From the NCBI GenBank assembly GCA_027718005.1, contig JALLOP010000003.1, positions 1-35,545 of the forward strand: a DNA stretch of 35,545 bases, written 5' to 3'. Below are positions 35,490 to 35,545 of this stretch, piece by piece (within the stretch, counting starts at the first letter, position 1; every line of letters begins with the position of its first letter). The notes beneath the pieces are model-generated. The model ran no database searches, was not told the DNA's origin, and worked only from the letters and a program-made list of their open reading frames with translations. A program made the position numbers and the translations under genes. The stretch is from Patescibacteria group bacterium AH-259-L07. Lineage in GTDB: Bacteria > Patescibacteriota > Patescibacteriia > UBA2591 > UBA6264.

Positions 35490-35545
35490 GTAACCCGTAA
35501 CGAGTAACGGATAATTAATTATTCGAGATGAGCTGTTTCAACTGA

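Noticed and set aside
1-35545. tRNA, rRNA, T-box or riboswitch
   Set aside because: No cloverleaf or conserved RNA motif recognised; the leuS leader is too short for a T-box

Overview
The gene content points to a Patescibacteria/CPR chromosome, most like Parcubacteria/ABY1 (inference). TGA is used as a stop, so the standard code applies. Left part (1-7.4 kb): thrC, two GWxTD-type lipoproteins and an Asp-box beta-propeller lipoprotein, each of the three with its own sigma70-like promoter, then a LysM-CHAP hydrolase. From 7.45 kb all genes are on the + strand: leuS, rsmA/ksgA, and a ~24 kb CPR-type T4SS-like cluster. The cluster comprises a TSP3-like membrane protein, a ~2,770 aa cysteine-rich exported protein, VirB6-like, a Pro-rich protein, PrgI, a VirB4 partner, VirB4 with a 667 aa LAGLIDADG intein in Walker A, VirB8-like, a pilin-Cys-rich fusion and a beta-propeller. 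It is interrupted by two HEPN-MNT modules. The most unusual feature is a dense layer of very small repeat elements: hairpins inserted in frame in leuS, rsmA and cluster genes (some nested, some in opposite orientations with loop-only or compensatory changes), MITEs at start codons, heptamer-tract scars (one holding a collapsed four-helix-bundle gene) and duplicated gene ends. All family assignments are by motif recognition; no database search was run.
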